A DNA stretch of 64,000 bases from Chiloscyllium plagiosum (taxonomy: Eukaryota), in assembly GCF_004010195.1 (NCBI RefSeq), contig NC_057713.1:136128911-136192910 (forward strand). Reading direction: 5' to 3'. Below, one piece after another: positions 12,173-25,389 of the stretch. The position numbers and the translations under genes are program-made. Within the stretch, counting starts at the first letter, position 1; each line of letters begins with the position of its first letter. Under the pieces are notes generated by a model that worked only from the letters and a program-made list of their open reading frames with translations, did no database searches and was not told the DNA's origin.

Positions 12173-12780
12173 AGCAATGAGTGCAGAAGATTAGATTGTC
12201 TGAAGTTGTGCGAACTTCAGTTGCCTGCCAATTCAACACCACCCTGTTCCCTGGTCAACATATCTCAGACTTGCTGCAGTACTGCAGCGAAGTTCAGTGC
12301 AATCAGGAATAATAGCACCTCATTTTCCACTTGGCGACACTGCAGCATTCCAGGCTCAATACTGAGTTCAATAACTTTAAGGTTTGAACTCTCCCATGTC
12401 CTTACACCTACTCCCACACAAATGGCCTTGGTATCAGAGTCTGCTATTACACACAACCCACTGTTAACCACTAACAGTATGCAGTAATAGTGATTCACCC
12501 TTCTAGCCAGATCGTTATCCACTCTGTCTGCCCAACTGTTGTTCTCTCTCTTTGGGCTGTATCCCCACCTATCATTTACTCTTTACCCCCTCCTCCATCC
12601 ACCACCACATCATGTGTACTAATAGCAACATATTCCTAGCCACCATCAGTTCTGAAGGGTCACTTGACCTTAAAACATTAATTCTGATTTGCTTCACAGA
12701 CGCTGCCAGACCTGCTGAGTTTTTCCAGCATTTTCTATTCTCATTTCAATTTCCAGCATCTGCAATTCTTTTGGCTTTTA
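12173..12780 (+). mobile_element. Degenerate Penelope-like element 3' part (GIY-YIG C-terminus, 3'UTR, decayed hammerhead)
   Basis: Frameshifted VACQFNTPPCSLVNIS...HLIFHLATLQHSRLNTEFNNFK resembles a PLE endonuclease C-terminus. The tail cagttCTGAAG-GGTCACTTGACC-ttAAAACATTAA..gctgccagacctgctg matches the family A tail. Confidence 0.7.
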
Positions 12781-13589
12781 AGATCTAATCTAATATTAAC
12801 ATTATGTATTTCTCAAAAAAAACCTACAGTTTTTCATTCAAAAGGTCTAAAGTGATGCCACAGTTGGCATTAGCAAGTATAGAAAGGAACTTGGGAAATC
12901 TCAGACTTTGACAATACAAAAAGATGTACGTAACAGCTTTAAGTGAGAGCTATCCGAATAATCCCACTGCCCTGCTCTTTCCCTTTCAACATTGTCAAAT
13001 TTAGTTCCTGGAAATTAACAAGAGGCTCACAGCTATTATACAGTAAGTGGAGAAAAGATAGCTACTAATTACCACTACTCATTTTAAATAAAGAAAATTA
13101 TCCAGCTTCAAAATTTTACAGAAAAGATTTCTGGAATAATTTAAACTCTCAAATCATGTATCATGCTTACATTTACAGATATTTAAGAAAGCACAAATGA
13201 AAAGAGAGGTTTTGAACGCAATGCAGAGTCACATCAAGTGCTGCATATAACAAATTTATTAATAAAATTGTACAGAAGAACCAGCAATCAAAACGTTCTT
13301 ATTGTATTAAAGAAACTAATTATGATGGCATTCGTTAGTGTTATTATGCCAAGATTCAAAACAAAGAAAATGCCATCTTTTTGCTCTCGAACTTGGAATT
13401 TACCGCTGAAAGATTTTGATTGGAGTTAATTTGATTTGCATGACAGGAGTTCAGCAGTTCCAAGGAAAAGAACTATCATTCAAAAACAGAATAACTCATT
13501 AATTCAATCTCAGTCGGTATATTTGGGATCTCATTGAAAATAGCAGCTGTTGCCATCAAGTAGCAACACTGATCACCTGCAAGTAGTCA

Positions 13590-13866
13590 GAAACTTTTTC
13601 CCCGGGTGCAACAGAGTGTTACAAGGGGACATAAATTTAAGGTGAAGGGTGGAAGGTATAAGGGAGATGTCAGGGATGGGTTCTTTACCCAGAGTGTGGT
13701 GGGGCATGGAATGCGCTGTCTGTGGGAGTGGTAGAGTCAAAATCTTTGGTGACCTTTAAGCGGCAATTGGATAGGTACATGGATGGGTGCTTAAGCTAGG
13801 ACAAATGTTCGGCACACCATCGTGGGCCGAAGGGCCTGTTCTGTGCTGTATTGTTCTATGTTCTAC
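13590..13866 (+). mobile_element. CR1 LINE 3' end
   Basis: TRGHKFKVKGGRYKGDVR..FFTQ plus gggccgaagggcctgt and (ttctatg)n tail. Confidence 0.85.
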
Positions 13867-14198
13867 AGTACAATGATCACAGCTTTCGATTTCCTTGGCT
13901 CTGGACTGCGTACTAAAAGAGGAAGTTTCTGCTTTAAACCACGGATACAGTGCAGAGATCGGACTTTTCCAAAGTGGCAATCCCATGCCACTCCACCTTT
14001 TCTTTTTTTTTAAAACAAAGGAAGGAGTTCCATATTTGAGGAGAATCCAATCAAGGCTCCTTTAGAAATGTAAAGCCATACTTCAACACAGATTTCTGTC
14101 AAAGTGCAGATCTGTTGGGGTAAGGCAGCATTCAGTTCCGACAATTAAATATCCAGTTATTTTGCCAGCTGCCGTCAACAATAAGTACCTAAGGTAAA

Positions 14199-14513
14199 GA
14201 TTAGATTAGATTACTTTACAGTGTGGAAACAGGCCCTTCGGCCCAACAAGTCCACACCGACCCGCCGAAGCGTAACCCACCCATACCCCTACATTTACCC
14301 CTTACCTAACACTACGGGCAATTTAGCATGGCCAATTCACCTGACCTGCACATCTTTGGACTGTGGGAGGAAACCGGAGCACCCGGAGGAAACCCACGCA
14401 GACACGGTGAGAACGTGCAAACTCCACACAGTCAGTCGCCTGAGGCGGGAATTGAACCTGGGTCTCTGGCGCTGCGAGGCAGCAGTGCTAACCACTGTGC
14501 CACCGTGCCGCCC
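14199..14513 (-). mobile_element. HE1-type V-SINE
   Basis: Full reverse-complement HE1 with (agatt)n tail. Confidence 0.92.
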
Positions 14514-15334
14514 CCAAAGGTGATGGAGTGATGGAGTAAAGGTGATGTTAGGGTGCCAGCTGGGTAGTAGCTAAGGTGTGCCAAAGAGTATTAAGGCAGA
14601 TGCTGCCTGACCGGCAGTGCCTTTGCAGCACCACACTCTTCGACAGCAGAAAATTCAAGCCAATCCTGCAGCACATTGAGAGTTGGACCCAATATTGCAT
14701 TTTTCCTGCAACAAATACAAAAGCGACAGCACGAAAGCTTGTGTGGGGACAGTGAACCAGAGAACCGCCCAGCCTACAAAGAGAAAGCACCAAAAACAAT
14801 GCCTCTCTCTCTCCCCTCCATGGAGACACCATAAATTATTCAGTAACAGATAGCTATCTCCCACTCACAGTTGCAAATCCCACGTTGAAGGAGTATAAAT
14901 TGCCTTAACAGACAGTGAAATGACGAATGCTCAACCAGTAAACAAAAGGTGGCATTGGTATGCAAACAACCTTGTGTCAACATCAAAGAATCAAAAGGAA
15001 GAGAAAGACAACTACTCAGCGGAATATGTGGTCCAAAACTGGTGCTTTCGGACTGTGCCCTCGCTTTTTTTTGCGGTGTGTGTGTGTGTGTGTATTTGTC
15101 TGTTTGTGAAAGGGGCAATTTAAGAATTTAAGTTAGAGTTATGGGTTAGCAATTCTTGCTTCTTTACTGCCATCGGTTAAAAGCAATCTGTTTGCAATAA
15201 CTAACTACTTTCTTGTAAAGTAGAACCACCTGGTAAGTGGTTTCTTTTAACCAGAACTGGTCAGTTAGATAAATTAGGAACTGTGGATTACTGGAGTAAT
15301 ACACTCACATTTGGATTATATGGATTAGACTTGG

Positions 15335-15732
15335 ATTATATTTGTTGGAACTTAGAAGAATGAGGGGGGATCTGACAGAAACATAAAATTATGAAGCAAG
15401 TAGATAAGATAGAAGTAGAGAGAATGTTTCCACTGGTTGGTGAAACTAGAACAAGAGCACATAGCCTCAAGATTAGGGGAAACAGATTTAGGACTGAATT
15501 GAGGAGGAACTTGCTCATCCAGAGAGTTGTAAATCTGTAGAATTCCCTGCCCAGCGAAGTAGTTGAGGCTACCTCATTTTAAAGCTAAGATAGCTAATTT
15601 TTTGAACAGTAAAGGAATTAAGGATTATGGTGAGCGAGCAGGTGAGTGGAATGAAGGCACAAAAACGTCAGTCATGATCTTATTGAAGGCGGAGCAGGCT
15701 CGAAGGGCCAGATGCCCTACTCCTACTCCTAG
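15335..15732 (+). mobile_element. CR1 LINE 3' end; the tail resumes after the LTR at ~16195
   Basis: RRMRGDLTET.KIMK..ETRTRAHSLKIRG; cctactcctag|ttcttatg is split by the LTR. Confidence 0.85.
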
Positions 15733-16194
15733 TGTCATCCCGTTCCCGCTTAAGTTGAAGCAAAACACTCAAACATAGTATAGTTGTACCTTCTTCATCT
15801 TTATTCCTGGCTCTGGAGGGACAGCCCATATGCACAGAGACAAGAGTTTTACAAGGAGCAGCATCCAGATAAGGCAACATACATATTGATTGGGTGACCG
15901 TTACAATCAGTGAGCAACAGTAAAGATTAAGTCATCTGCTGTTACAAAATGAATGTTCTTAATATTGTTAACTGGACTCAATGGATACTTTTCCCCTTGT
16001 TACATACGGAATGCTACCTCATCTGGTTAAATGGCTCTACATAATATGACTGCTTTTCCAACTTGTTAACACATTACTCTTGCCTGTAGTACCCATTGTT
16101 AACTAAGTTCTTATCGGAGTCATGCTCAGCTGAACCTCGGTTCACAAAACTCAAAACATAACTCTTTCCCTACCTGCTTAAACCTTATACCTCA
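15733..16194 (-). mobile_element. Solo LTR, copy 1
   Basis: TG...CA termini, 4-bp TSD CTAG/TTAG (1 mismatch), AATAAA on the minus strand; homologous to 29683-30215 and 48526-49282. Confidence 0.75.
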
Positions 16195-16236
16195 TTAGTT
16201 CTTATGTCCTTATTGATATCCATATAACATAAATTT

Positions 16237-16547
16237 GGGCGGCACGGTGGCTAGCACTGCTGCCTCACAGCGCCAGAGAACCGGGTTCAATTCCCGCCCC
16301 GGCGACACACACTGTGTGGAGTTTGCACGTTCTCCCCGTGTCTGCGTGGGTTTCCTCCGGGTGCTCCGGTTTCCTCCCACAGTCACAAAGATGTGCAGGT
16401 CAGGTGAATTGGCCATGCTAAATTGCCCGTAGTGTTAGGTAAGGGGTAAATGCAGGGGTATGGGTGGGTTGCGCTTCGGCGGGGCAGTGTGGACTTGTTG
16501 GGCCGAAGGGCCTGTTTCCACACTGTAAGTAATCTAATCTAATCTAA
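16237..16547 (+). mobile_element. HE1-type V-SINE
   Basis: HE1 consensus with a small A-box deletion and (AATCT)n tail. Confidence 0.92.
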
Positions 16548-16709
16548 CACTGAATGGCAACAGAAATAAGCAGCTCTGAAACATCAGAAAAGTTACATTT
16601 TGATGACTAATGTGAATTTCACCATCTATTTAAAAAACTGATAATTGTAAGATCATTACAGAAGCACACTTCAGTGGATTTCCCATTTATTAGGTACATT
16701 GATGTAATT

Positions 16710-18020
16710 CAAATAATGTATGTATTTGGAAAGACAAGGATTGATCAGGGATAGTCAACATATATTTATGCACGGGAAATCATGTCTCATGAACCTGACT
16801 GAAATCTTTGAAGAAATAACAGAGGATTGACGAGGACAGAGCGATGGACATGATCTATGTGGACTTGAGTAAGGCGTTCCACAAGGTTCCCCATAGGAGA
16901 CTGTTTAGCAAGGTTAGATCTCATGGGATACAGGGAGAGCTACCCATTTGGATACAGAACTGGCTCGAAGATAGAAGGTGGAAGCCAGAGGGTGGTGGTG
17001 CAATGTTGCTTTTCAAACTGGAGGCCTGTGACCAGTAGTGCACCATGAGGATTGGTGCTGAGTCCACTACTTTTTGTCACTTACATAAATTATTTGCATG
17101 TGAAATTAGAAGGTACAGTTAGTAAGTTTGCAGATGACACCAAAATTGGACGTGTACCAGACAGCAAAGGAGGTTATCTCTGATTATGAGATTTTCATCA
17201 GACGGGCCCATGGGCTGAGGAATGGCAGATGGAGTTTAATGTAGATAAATGTGAGGTGCTGCATTTTGGAAAAGCAACTCAGAGCAGGAATAATACACTT
17301 AATGGTAAGGTCCTGGAGAAGGTGAGAGCGCAGGTTCATAGCTCCTTGAAAGTAGAGTTGGAAAGTGCTCAAGTATGCTTTTTTTTCTTGGTCAGAGTAT
17401 TAAGTACAGGAGTTGGGAGGTCATGTTGTGGCTGCACAGGACATTGGTTAGGCCACTTTTGGGATATTGCATGCAGTTCTAGTCTCCTTCCTATCGGAAG
17501 GATGTTGTGAAACCTGAAAGGGTTCAGGAAAGATTTACAAGAATATTGCCAGGGTTGGAGGATTTGAGCTATAGGGAAAGGTTGAATAGGGAGAGATTGA
17601 ATAGGTTGGGGTTGTTTTCCCTGGAGTGTCGGAGGCTGAGGGGTGATCTCATAGAGGTCTGTAAAATCATGAGGGGCATGGATAGGGTAAATAGACAGAC
17701 AAAGTCTTTTCCCTGGAGTGGGAGAGTCCAGAACTAAAGGACACAGGTTTAGGGTGAAAGGGGAAAGATACAAAAGAGACCCAAGGGTCAGCTTTTTCAC
17801 AGAGTGGTGCATGTGGGAAATGGGCTGCCAGAGGAATTGGTGGGGGCTGGTACAATTTTAACATTAAAAAGGCATTTGGATGGGTATATGAATATGAAAG
17901 GTTTGGAGGGATATGGGCTGGGTGCTGGAAGGTGAGACTATATTGGGTTAGGATAACTGGTTGGCATGGGCGGGTTGGACCGAAGGGTCGGTTTCTGTGC
18001 TATACATCTCTATGACCCTA
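16710..18020 (+). mobile_element. CR1 LINE RT and 3' end
   Basis: DMIYVDLSKAFHKVPHRRL, SKFADDTK, MEFNVDKCEVLHFG, ERVQERFTRILPG. Confidence 0.92.
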
Positions 18021-18024
18021 TGAC

Positions 18025-18690
18025 TGGAGGGTCAGTCTTATAAAGCAAGGTTGAGGAAGCTAGTGCTTTTCTCATTGGGCCAAAGGATGAGAGGTGACTT
18101 GACAGAGGTGTACAAGATGATGAGAGGCATAGATAGAGTGGATAGCTAAAGACATTTTCCCAGGGTGGACATAATTTAAAAGTAATTGGAGAAGGGTTCA
18201 GGGCGATGTCAGAGGTAGGTTCTTTACTGAGTGGTGGGTACGTGGAATGCACTGCCAGCAGTGTTAGTAAAGTCAGATACATTAGAGACATTTAAGTGAC
18301 TTGGATAGGCACATGGAAGATAGTACATTGAAAGGTATAGAACATAGAAGAATACAGCGCAGTACAGGCCCTTCGGCACTCGATGTTGCACCGATCCAAG
18401 CCCACCTAACCTACACTAGCCCACTATCCTCCATATGCCTATCCAATGCCCGCTTAAATGCCCATAATGAGGGAGGGTCCACCACTGCTACTGGCAGGGC
18501 ATTCCATGAACTCATGACTCGCTGAGTAAAGAACCTAACCCTAACATCTGTCCTATACCTACCCCCCCTTAATTTAAAGCTATGCCCCCTTGAATGTAGG
18601 TTAGTCTGATCTTAGAGTAGGATAAAAGGTCAGCACAACAGAGGGCTGAAGAGCCTGTACTGTGCTGTACTACTCCATATTGTATGTTCA
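18025..18690 (+). mobile_element. CR1 3' end interrupted by an antisense CR1 3' fragment (~18336-18591)
   Basis: RGDL.EVYKMMRGIDRV. The inner segment begins with (atagaac)n and is reverse-complement CR1 3'UTR. Confidence 0.8.
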
Positions 18691-19145
18691 AAAATCTACA
18701 AATAATAAGTAATGAAACTGATGATCATGAATGAAATTGAGAATTCAAAAAAAATCTATGCAAGATTTGAAAATAGCTTCACAATGCTAAATAACATTGA
18801 CACACAAATTAAATAGACCTAAAGGTCAGAGGGAATCACGTACAAAAGTAAAGTATGCAAATGTATTATCTTACATCCAGCTAAATATCAAAAAAGAATT
18901 ATGTATCTTCAACCGCTTGGGGAAGTTAAATATTTCCACGTTTTACACTCGACTATTTAGACAGGTAGAGAAAGCTTCTTTGAAGAACATTAACAAAACA
19001 ATGGAGGAGAATATTGTAAACGTTTGCAAATTAACGAAAATGAGGTGATATTTTGTGCAACATCAATTTAAGGGAATCACATGACCAGCTAAAGAAGCTG
19101 TAGCTGAAATGAATAATTTTATACTTGGATTCAACAGAGAGCAGA

Positions 19146-19159
19146 GTGCCATCTAGTGT
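19146..19159 (-). promoter_or_regulatory. Candidate CTCF site
   Basis: ACACTAGATGGCAC versus consensus CCACYAGRKGGCRS, one mismatch. Confidence 0.35.
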
Positions 19160-19739
19160 AGGAATCTTGGCTGAACTGGAGTATTCAAGGGAACCGGATT
19201 AATTTTGGAGGGAAAACATTGGCTTAGAACAGAAATGCAGTCTTTCAAATACGCATTAAACCAAGGCTCATGCTGCTTGTTCCAATAGTTTAAATAGAAC
19301 AAAGTTAAGGATATCACTATTTGAACAGAAAGTGAGTTTTCCTGTGGGTCCTATTAAAAATTATTAAATGGTCATTCATTGGAGCGCTGTTACCAGGTCC
19401 ACAAGCGAGTAAAACATTTCATGTATTTCTCTACCATAGTTACTGCATCTCATAATAACCTGAATGAAATAGGCTTTGAATGCAAGATTTACTAACAGAT
19501 CCAAAAAGGTTCCTGCATCATTCACTTCAAACCAGTATTATAGGAGTACTGGGAAAGAATAGGATCAGGTTTCCTGTCAATTTCTCCCGTCACCTGCTGA
19601 AACTATTTACATTCAAACAAAAGAACATGTACTTTTTTTTTCCATTCGTGGGATGTGGGCATCTCTGGCCAGGCCAGTATTAATTGCCTCGCTCTAATTG
19701 CCCATTGGCCACCCCAATGCTGTGGGTCTGGAGTCACAT

Positions 19740-20357
19740 GTTTGATTTTATTTGTTTATTGTTATAATGTATCTTGTTACAAACAGTGCTGTACAGTGTT
19801 ACCACTTTCTGGTGCCATCTTACACAGAAAAATAAAAATGCATCTAACTTTACAGTCCTTGTTAAGAGCTCCGCATTGGCCTGATAGCCCAACACGAGTC
19901 TCCTTTATCTCACTGTTGGAAACAAAGTCACCACTCTTCAGCGACATCTCACCTTCTCTGATGCCCTCGCTACTACGAGACCTCTGTGGACCTCGCCAAA
20001 GCAGATGCAATCAATGCTGCCGCCACCACAAACTCGGCCCAAACTTGACTCCACTGCTGCCCTGAGTCTGCTTCGGGCCCACCTTGCCAGTGCAGCCACT
20101 GCTGATACCATGTCATGTACTGGACCCAAACTTGGCTCCGCCGCAGTTGCCAAGAGTTGGTACTAGGACTGCTTCAACGGTGCAGAAACTGCTAGGAACC
20201 CAAACTCGCTTCTGATGACTTTGCTCAAGACCATGCCACCAGGTCCACGCGCCATGGCCAAGCTCTTCACCAAGAGATAAGTAAAATGAGAAGGGTAAAA
20301 AAAAAAACAAAAACAGGTGAGTCCCACACTCAGAAGCCCTTCTCCACAACCATCTTA
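19740..20357 (-). mobile_element. Unclassified interspersed retro-type element; a ~145-bp part recurs inverted at 21564-21706
   Basis: On the minus strand it ends in AATAAA plus an aaatcaaa-type tail. 19776-19922 is the reverse complement of 21564-21706. Confidence 0.55.
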
Positions 20358-22671
20358 TCAGAAGGAGGAGGAAATGGAAATCATACTAGAAGAGCTAGAG
20401 AAACTAGATGCTTTTCAAATAAAAGTCAAAATGGAAAAGCTAGGAGTTTAACATTTCAGAACATAAAGCCAACCTTGCTAAAGAACTTGCCAATAAATCT
20501 GCCTCACATTCTGGAATGCTAAACTCTTACCTCTTCATCCTGGTCGATCTCTGGTTGTGATCAATCAGGATGGCAGTTTAGTTGAGCCAATACTTCCAAA
20601 ATTAGCTGAGAAAATAACCAGCTCAGGCTTCCATTCCACATCTTTACCCAGTCATCCTAGGTGGACAGTATGGATATGGATTCTGGGCAAAAACAGGAGT
20701 GAGCTATTCCACTCCCAAAGTTCAGGAGGTTGCTGTCATTCACTGTCTACACTTACACATTTCAAAACCAGAAGGCAATGAGTATCTCCCCATCATTGCA
20801 ACTACTTTCATGTGACATTTTTCGAAGAAAGGAGTAAATTAGGAGAAAAAAAGTACTTTTGCATACCTGAAGACAGAGCTCATGTTAAGAATGGATAAAG
20901 ATAGCACTGCAGTAACAATGTCAGCAAAATAAAAGGCTTTATTGAATAAATAGTTTAGAAAAGATAATGTCAAATTACTCAAAAATCAAAGAGTGGTTAC
21001 AGCACAGCAGTTTACCATTTGGTTCAGTGTGTCTGCATTGCCACTCTGCAAGAACTTAAGCTGGCCCCACTCATTTCCCAAAGAGAAACCTCTCTTTTCA
21101 GATGCTTTCTCAATTCTCTTTGAAAGCTATAATCGAATCTGCCTCCCCCACACTTCAGGTAGTGTATTCCATATCGTTATCATTCACTGAACAAAAATGT
21201 TTCTTCACATCATTGATTTGTTTTGTTTATCATCCATCTTAAATCAGTGGCCACTGGTTCTCAAACCTTGTGCCAATTGGAATAGTTCATGATCTACATG
21301 AGACTTTTCAACTAATTTCACAACATTCTCATACACCTACAAGAACATCTTCCCCATTCCCCCCAGGTTTCACTGTTCATCGGCCCCTTCACCATCGTAC
21401 AGTTCAATTTTTTGTCCTTTCTCATTTTTCAAACTAAAATATAACTTCATTCTTCCTTAAATTTCAACTTCCATGTGTAAGCCTTTTCAACATCAGCATG
21501 CCAAAATTAAATTATACCAGTAGTTGCAAAATCTACAGGAATACCTTCCAATTCACCAATTTCTTTCCAACAGTGAGATAAAGGAGACTCGTGCTGGGCC
21601 ATCAGGCCAATGCGGAGTTCTTAACAAGGACTGTAAAGTTAGATGCTTTTTTTTGTGTGTAAGATGGCACCAGAAAGTGGTAACACTGTACAGCACTGTA
21701 TGTAACTGCATCAGGATGTTTTGTTATACATCAAAGTAAGTGTACTGAAATTGATAGATTTTTAAGAGACCTTTTTAATAGATGAGACCAGACCACCTTT
21801 GCAGTTCAACCAAAACAGAGAAAGCTATACACGCAATAAATGCCAAGGACAAGAGAAGATCAGTTGGTATGCTGAAGCAAGCATTCAACCCAATTTTGAA
21901 TATCCTTAAACCTGCATGTCGATCTTCCTTGGTGGATGATAATGTGAGATTTCACCATAATTGGAAGCGCTTGCTATTTTAACTATTAGATTCAAATCTA
22001 AAATGTAAACACTTTTGTTCTCTTTTCACTGATATGGAGTATTTCCAACATTTGATTTCTAACAAGTTTTAAAGTGATATTTAGAATTTCACTTAAACCT
22101 GTTAAGTCTTTACTCAAAATTCTCTCCTTAACTACTGTCTCCCTGGATGGGAGAGGTCAAACCTCTCATTTTTCCTCAAAAATCAAATTATTAAGCTTGC
22201 AATCATTCCTGTTAAACTTTCTCGGCACCATCTAATATGTGTTACATGTGCTTGGGGCTGCTTCAGTTGATATCTCACAACCACCATTTTCCCTTCAGAA
22301 TTTTTTAAGCTGCATTAAATCACTGATGAGTTGACTATTAAATCAGAAGACCCTTTGATTCACCTGAAGTCAACTCATTTTGTGCTTGGCATAAAAGTAT
22401 ACTTTAAAAATCTATTGTATCTTGCATTTTAGATCGACAACATGCTCATCACTGCTTAAGAATTCAAACTTTATGCTAGGTCACTAGAACCTAAGCAGGC
22501 ACTTCAGTGCAACACCGAAGGAATGCCCATCAGGAGAACTATCCTGTCAATGAGATATTTGAAGCTGACTTGATCTACCTGTCCAAGTTGCTTTGAAAGA
22601 TCCTGTGACATTATTCAAAGATTTGTAGTGTTTTTATTCATTGTCCCGAGCAATTCCTTCAATTAATGCAA

Positions 22672-24875
22672 ACTTTGAGACCAGTGACCACAGTTATGCA
22701 GAGGGACAAAACTGGCCCACAAGTTCAAGTTCTAAACTGGGGTAAGGCAAATTTTGATGAAACTAGACAGGAGCTTGCAGGGGTTGATTGGTGTAGTTTG
22801 TTTGCAGGCAAAGGGTCCTACGGCAAGTAGGAGGCTTTTAAAAGTGAGATAACTAGAGTTCAAGGTCTATATCCTGTGAGGGTGAAGGGAAAGGTTGGTA
22901 GGAACAGGGAACCTTGGATAACAAGAGATATTGAGGCTTTGACCAGAAAAATGAAGGAAGCATGGCTCAAGTACAGGCAGCTGGGATCAAGGGAAGCCCT
23001 GGAGGTATACAGGACTTTCCTGAAGATGGAACTCAGGAGGGTGAAAAGGGGGCAGAGATAGTCTTGGCTGAGAATATTAAGATGAATCCAGAGATCTTTA
23101 AGAATATTAATGGAAAAAGAATAGCGAGAGAGAGAGAATAGGACCCCTTAAGAACGATAGTGGACATGTACGTGTGAAATCACAGAAGACGGGCAAGGTC
23201 CTCAATGAATATTACTCCTCTGTGCTTACTATGGAGAAAGAAAAGACTACTTTGGAACTTGGGGAAGTTAGCGGCGATATCTTGGGGACAGTCCATATCA
23301 CAGTAGAGGTATTGAATGTATTAGAATATATGAAGATGGATAAATCTCCTGTTCCTAACCAGATATATCCAACACCATTGCAAAAGGCTAGAGAAGAAAT
23401 GCAGAGGTCCTGGTTGATATTTCTGCATCACCATCAGCCACAGGTGAGGTCCTGGAAGACTGGAGGGTAGCGAATGTTGTGCTCTTACTTAAGCAGGGCT
23501 GCAAAGGAAAACCTGGGAACTATAGACCAGTAAACCTAACATCTGTGGTGGATAAGTTACTTGAGAAGATTCTGAGAGACAAGGTATACATGCAATTGGA
23601 AAGACAGGGTTTATAGACAATAGAAATAGGTGCAGGAGTAGGCCATTCGGCCCTTTGAGCGAGCACTACCATTCATTACGATCATGGTTGATCATCCATA
23701 ATCGTATCCTACTTCTGCCTTATCCTCATAACCCTCAATTCCACAATCTCTAAGAGCTCTATCCATCTCTTTCTTGAAAGTATCCAGAGACTTGGCCTCC
23801 ACTGCCTTCTGCGGGAGAGTTTGATTTAGAATAGTCAGTATGGCTTTGTGCATTGGAAATCATGCCTCTCAAATTTGTTGGAGTTCTTTGATGAAGTGAC
23901 CAGGAAGGTTGATGAGGTCAGGGCAGTGGATGTAGTCTATATGGATTTCAGGAAGATTCAACATGGTAGGCTGGTCTAAAAGGTTAGATCACATGGAATC
24001 CAAGGGGAGCTGCAAATTGAATACACAATTGTGCTGGCAAATGGGACTAGATTAGTTTAGGATATCTGATTGGCAGGAAGGGGTGGAGCAAAGGGTCTGT
24101 TTCCATGCTGTACATCTCTATGACTTTAAGCTTGAGGTCTTGCATTTTGGAAAGTCAAAGCAAGGTAGGATTTCGTATGAATGGTAGGGCCTTAGGGACT
24201 GTAGTGGAACAGAGGGGCCTTGGAGTTCAGGTACACTGTTCTCTGAAAGTGGAGTTACAGGTAGACAAGGTAGTCATGGTATTGAGTATAGAAGTCAGGA
24301 TGTTAACAGTTATACAGGATGTTGGTGACGCCGCATTTGGAGTATTGTGTTCAGTTTTGGTCACCTTGCTATAGGAAGGATGTTATTAAACTGGAAAGCG
24401 TGCAGAAGATATGTACAAGGACATTTCCAGGACTCAATGGTCTGAGTTATAGGGAGAAGTTGGACAAGCAAGGACTTTTTTCTTTAGAGCGTAGGAGACT
24501 GAGGGGGGATCTTATAGACATGTATAAGACCCTGAGAGGTCTGGGTAGAGTGAATGAACTCAGTCTTTTCCAAGGGTTGGGGTATCGAGGACTACAGGGC
24601 ATCAGTTTAAGGTTAAAAGGGGAAATAATAAAAGATAAACTTTTTTTTAAAACACAAAGAGGGTGGTATGCATATGGAATGAACTGCCACTGGAAGTGGT
24701 TGAGGCAGGTACATTAACAACATTTCAAAGGCTTTTGGACAAATACATGGATAGGAAAGGTTTAGAAGGATATGGGCCAAGTGCAAGGAAATGGGGTTAG
24801 CCTGGAAGTACATTTTGGTCGGCATGGACCAGTTTGGGTCAAAGAACTCGTCTCCAGGCTGTAGGACTCTATATT
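22672..24875 (+). mobile_element. CR1 LINE ORF2 fragment with nested CR1 tails (~23612-23818 antisense, ~24035-24125 sense)
   Basis: [59 protein letters not shown]. Confidence 0.9.
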
Positions 24876-25389
24876 AACATCCTGGAATGTCATGCTGCAC
24901 AGAATACGGTGCTATGCTTGTCTATGCAGAAACTGTGATTGACACGGAGACAGGATAACAAACTAAATAAATCCAGCAGCTGGCTTTTAAGAATATCGTT
25001 TTGAACAAATTGGGCTTACTACAATCGCATTTGACTTAAAGCGCAACCTAATTTGTTTAAGACACATTGTTTCTAAGACAAACTATATTTTGCTTGAACA
25101 AATCTCAACACTCACCTCATTATAACATACCAATCACTTACAGCCACACGCTTCAGACCAGTTTTTAAACTGAAAGTATGGTGGGAAAGTTTAACTGAGC
25201 AACAAACCACAATGGCAAAGCTTGGAGCTTTTAAGAAATCAGAATGGTATTGCTGGATAATTACATATGCACAAGGCCAGATTTGGCCATAATGGACTGG
25301 GCAGAAAGACAATTGATGATCAATGGACTGAAGAGCCTGTTTCCATACTGCAGGGAATCTAATCTGAACATTGACACACAGTTAAGGAG

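Noticed and set aside
14545-15330. Possible Gypsy-type LTR (also 5290-6420 downstream of the Gmr1 relic)
   Set aside because: The composition is suggestive, but I could not fix termini, a TSD or a second copy.
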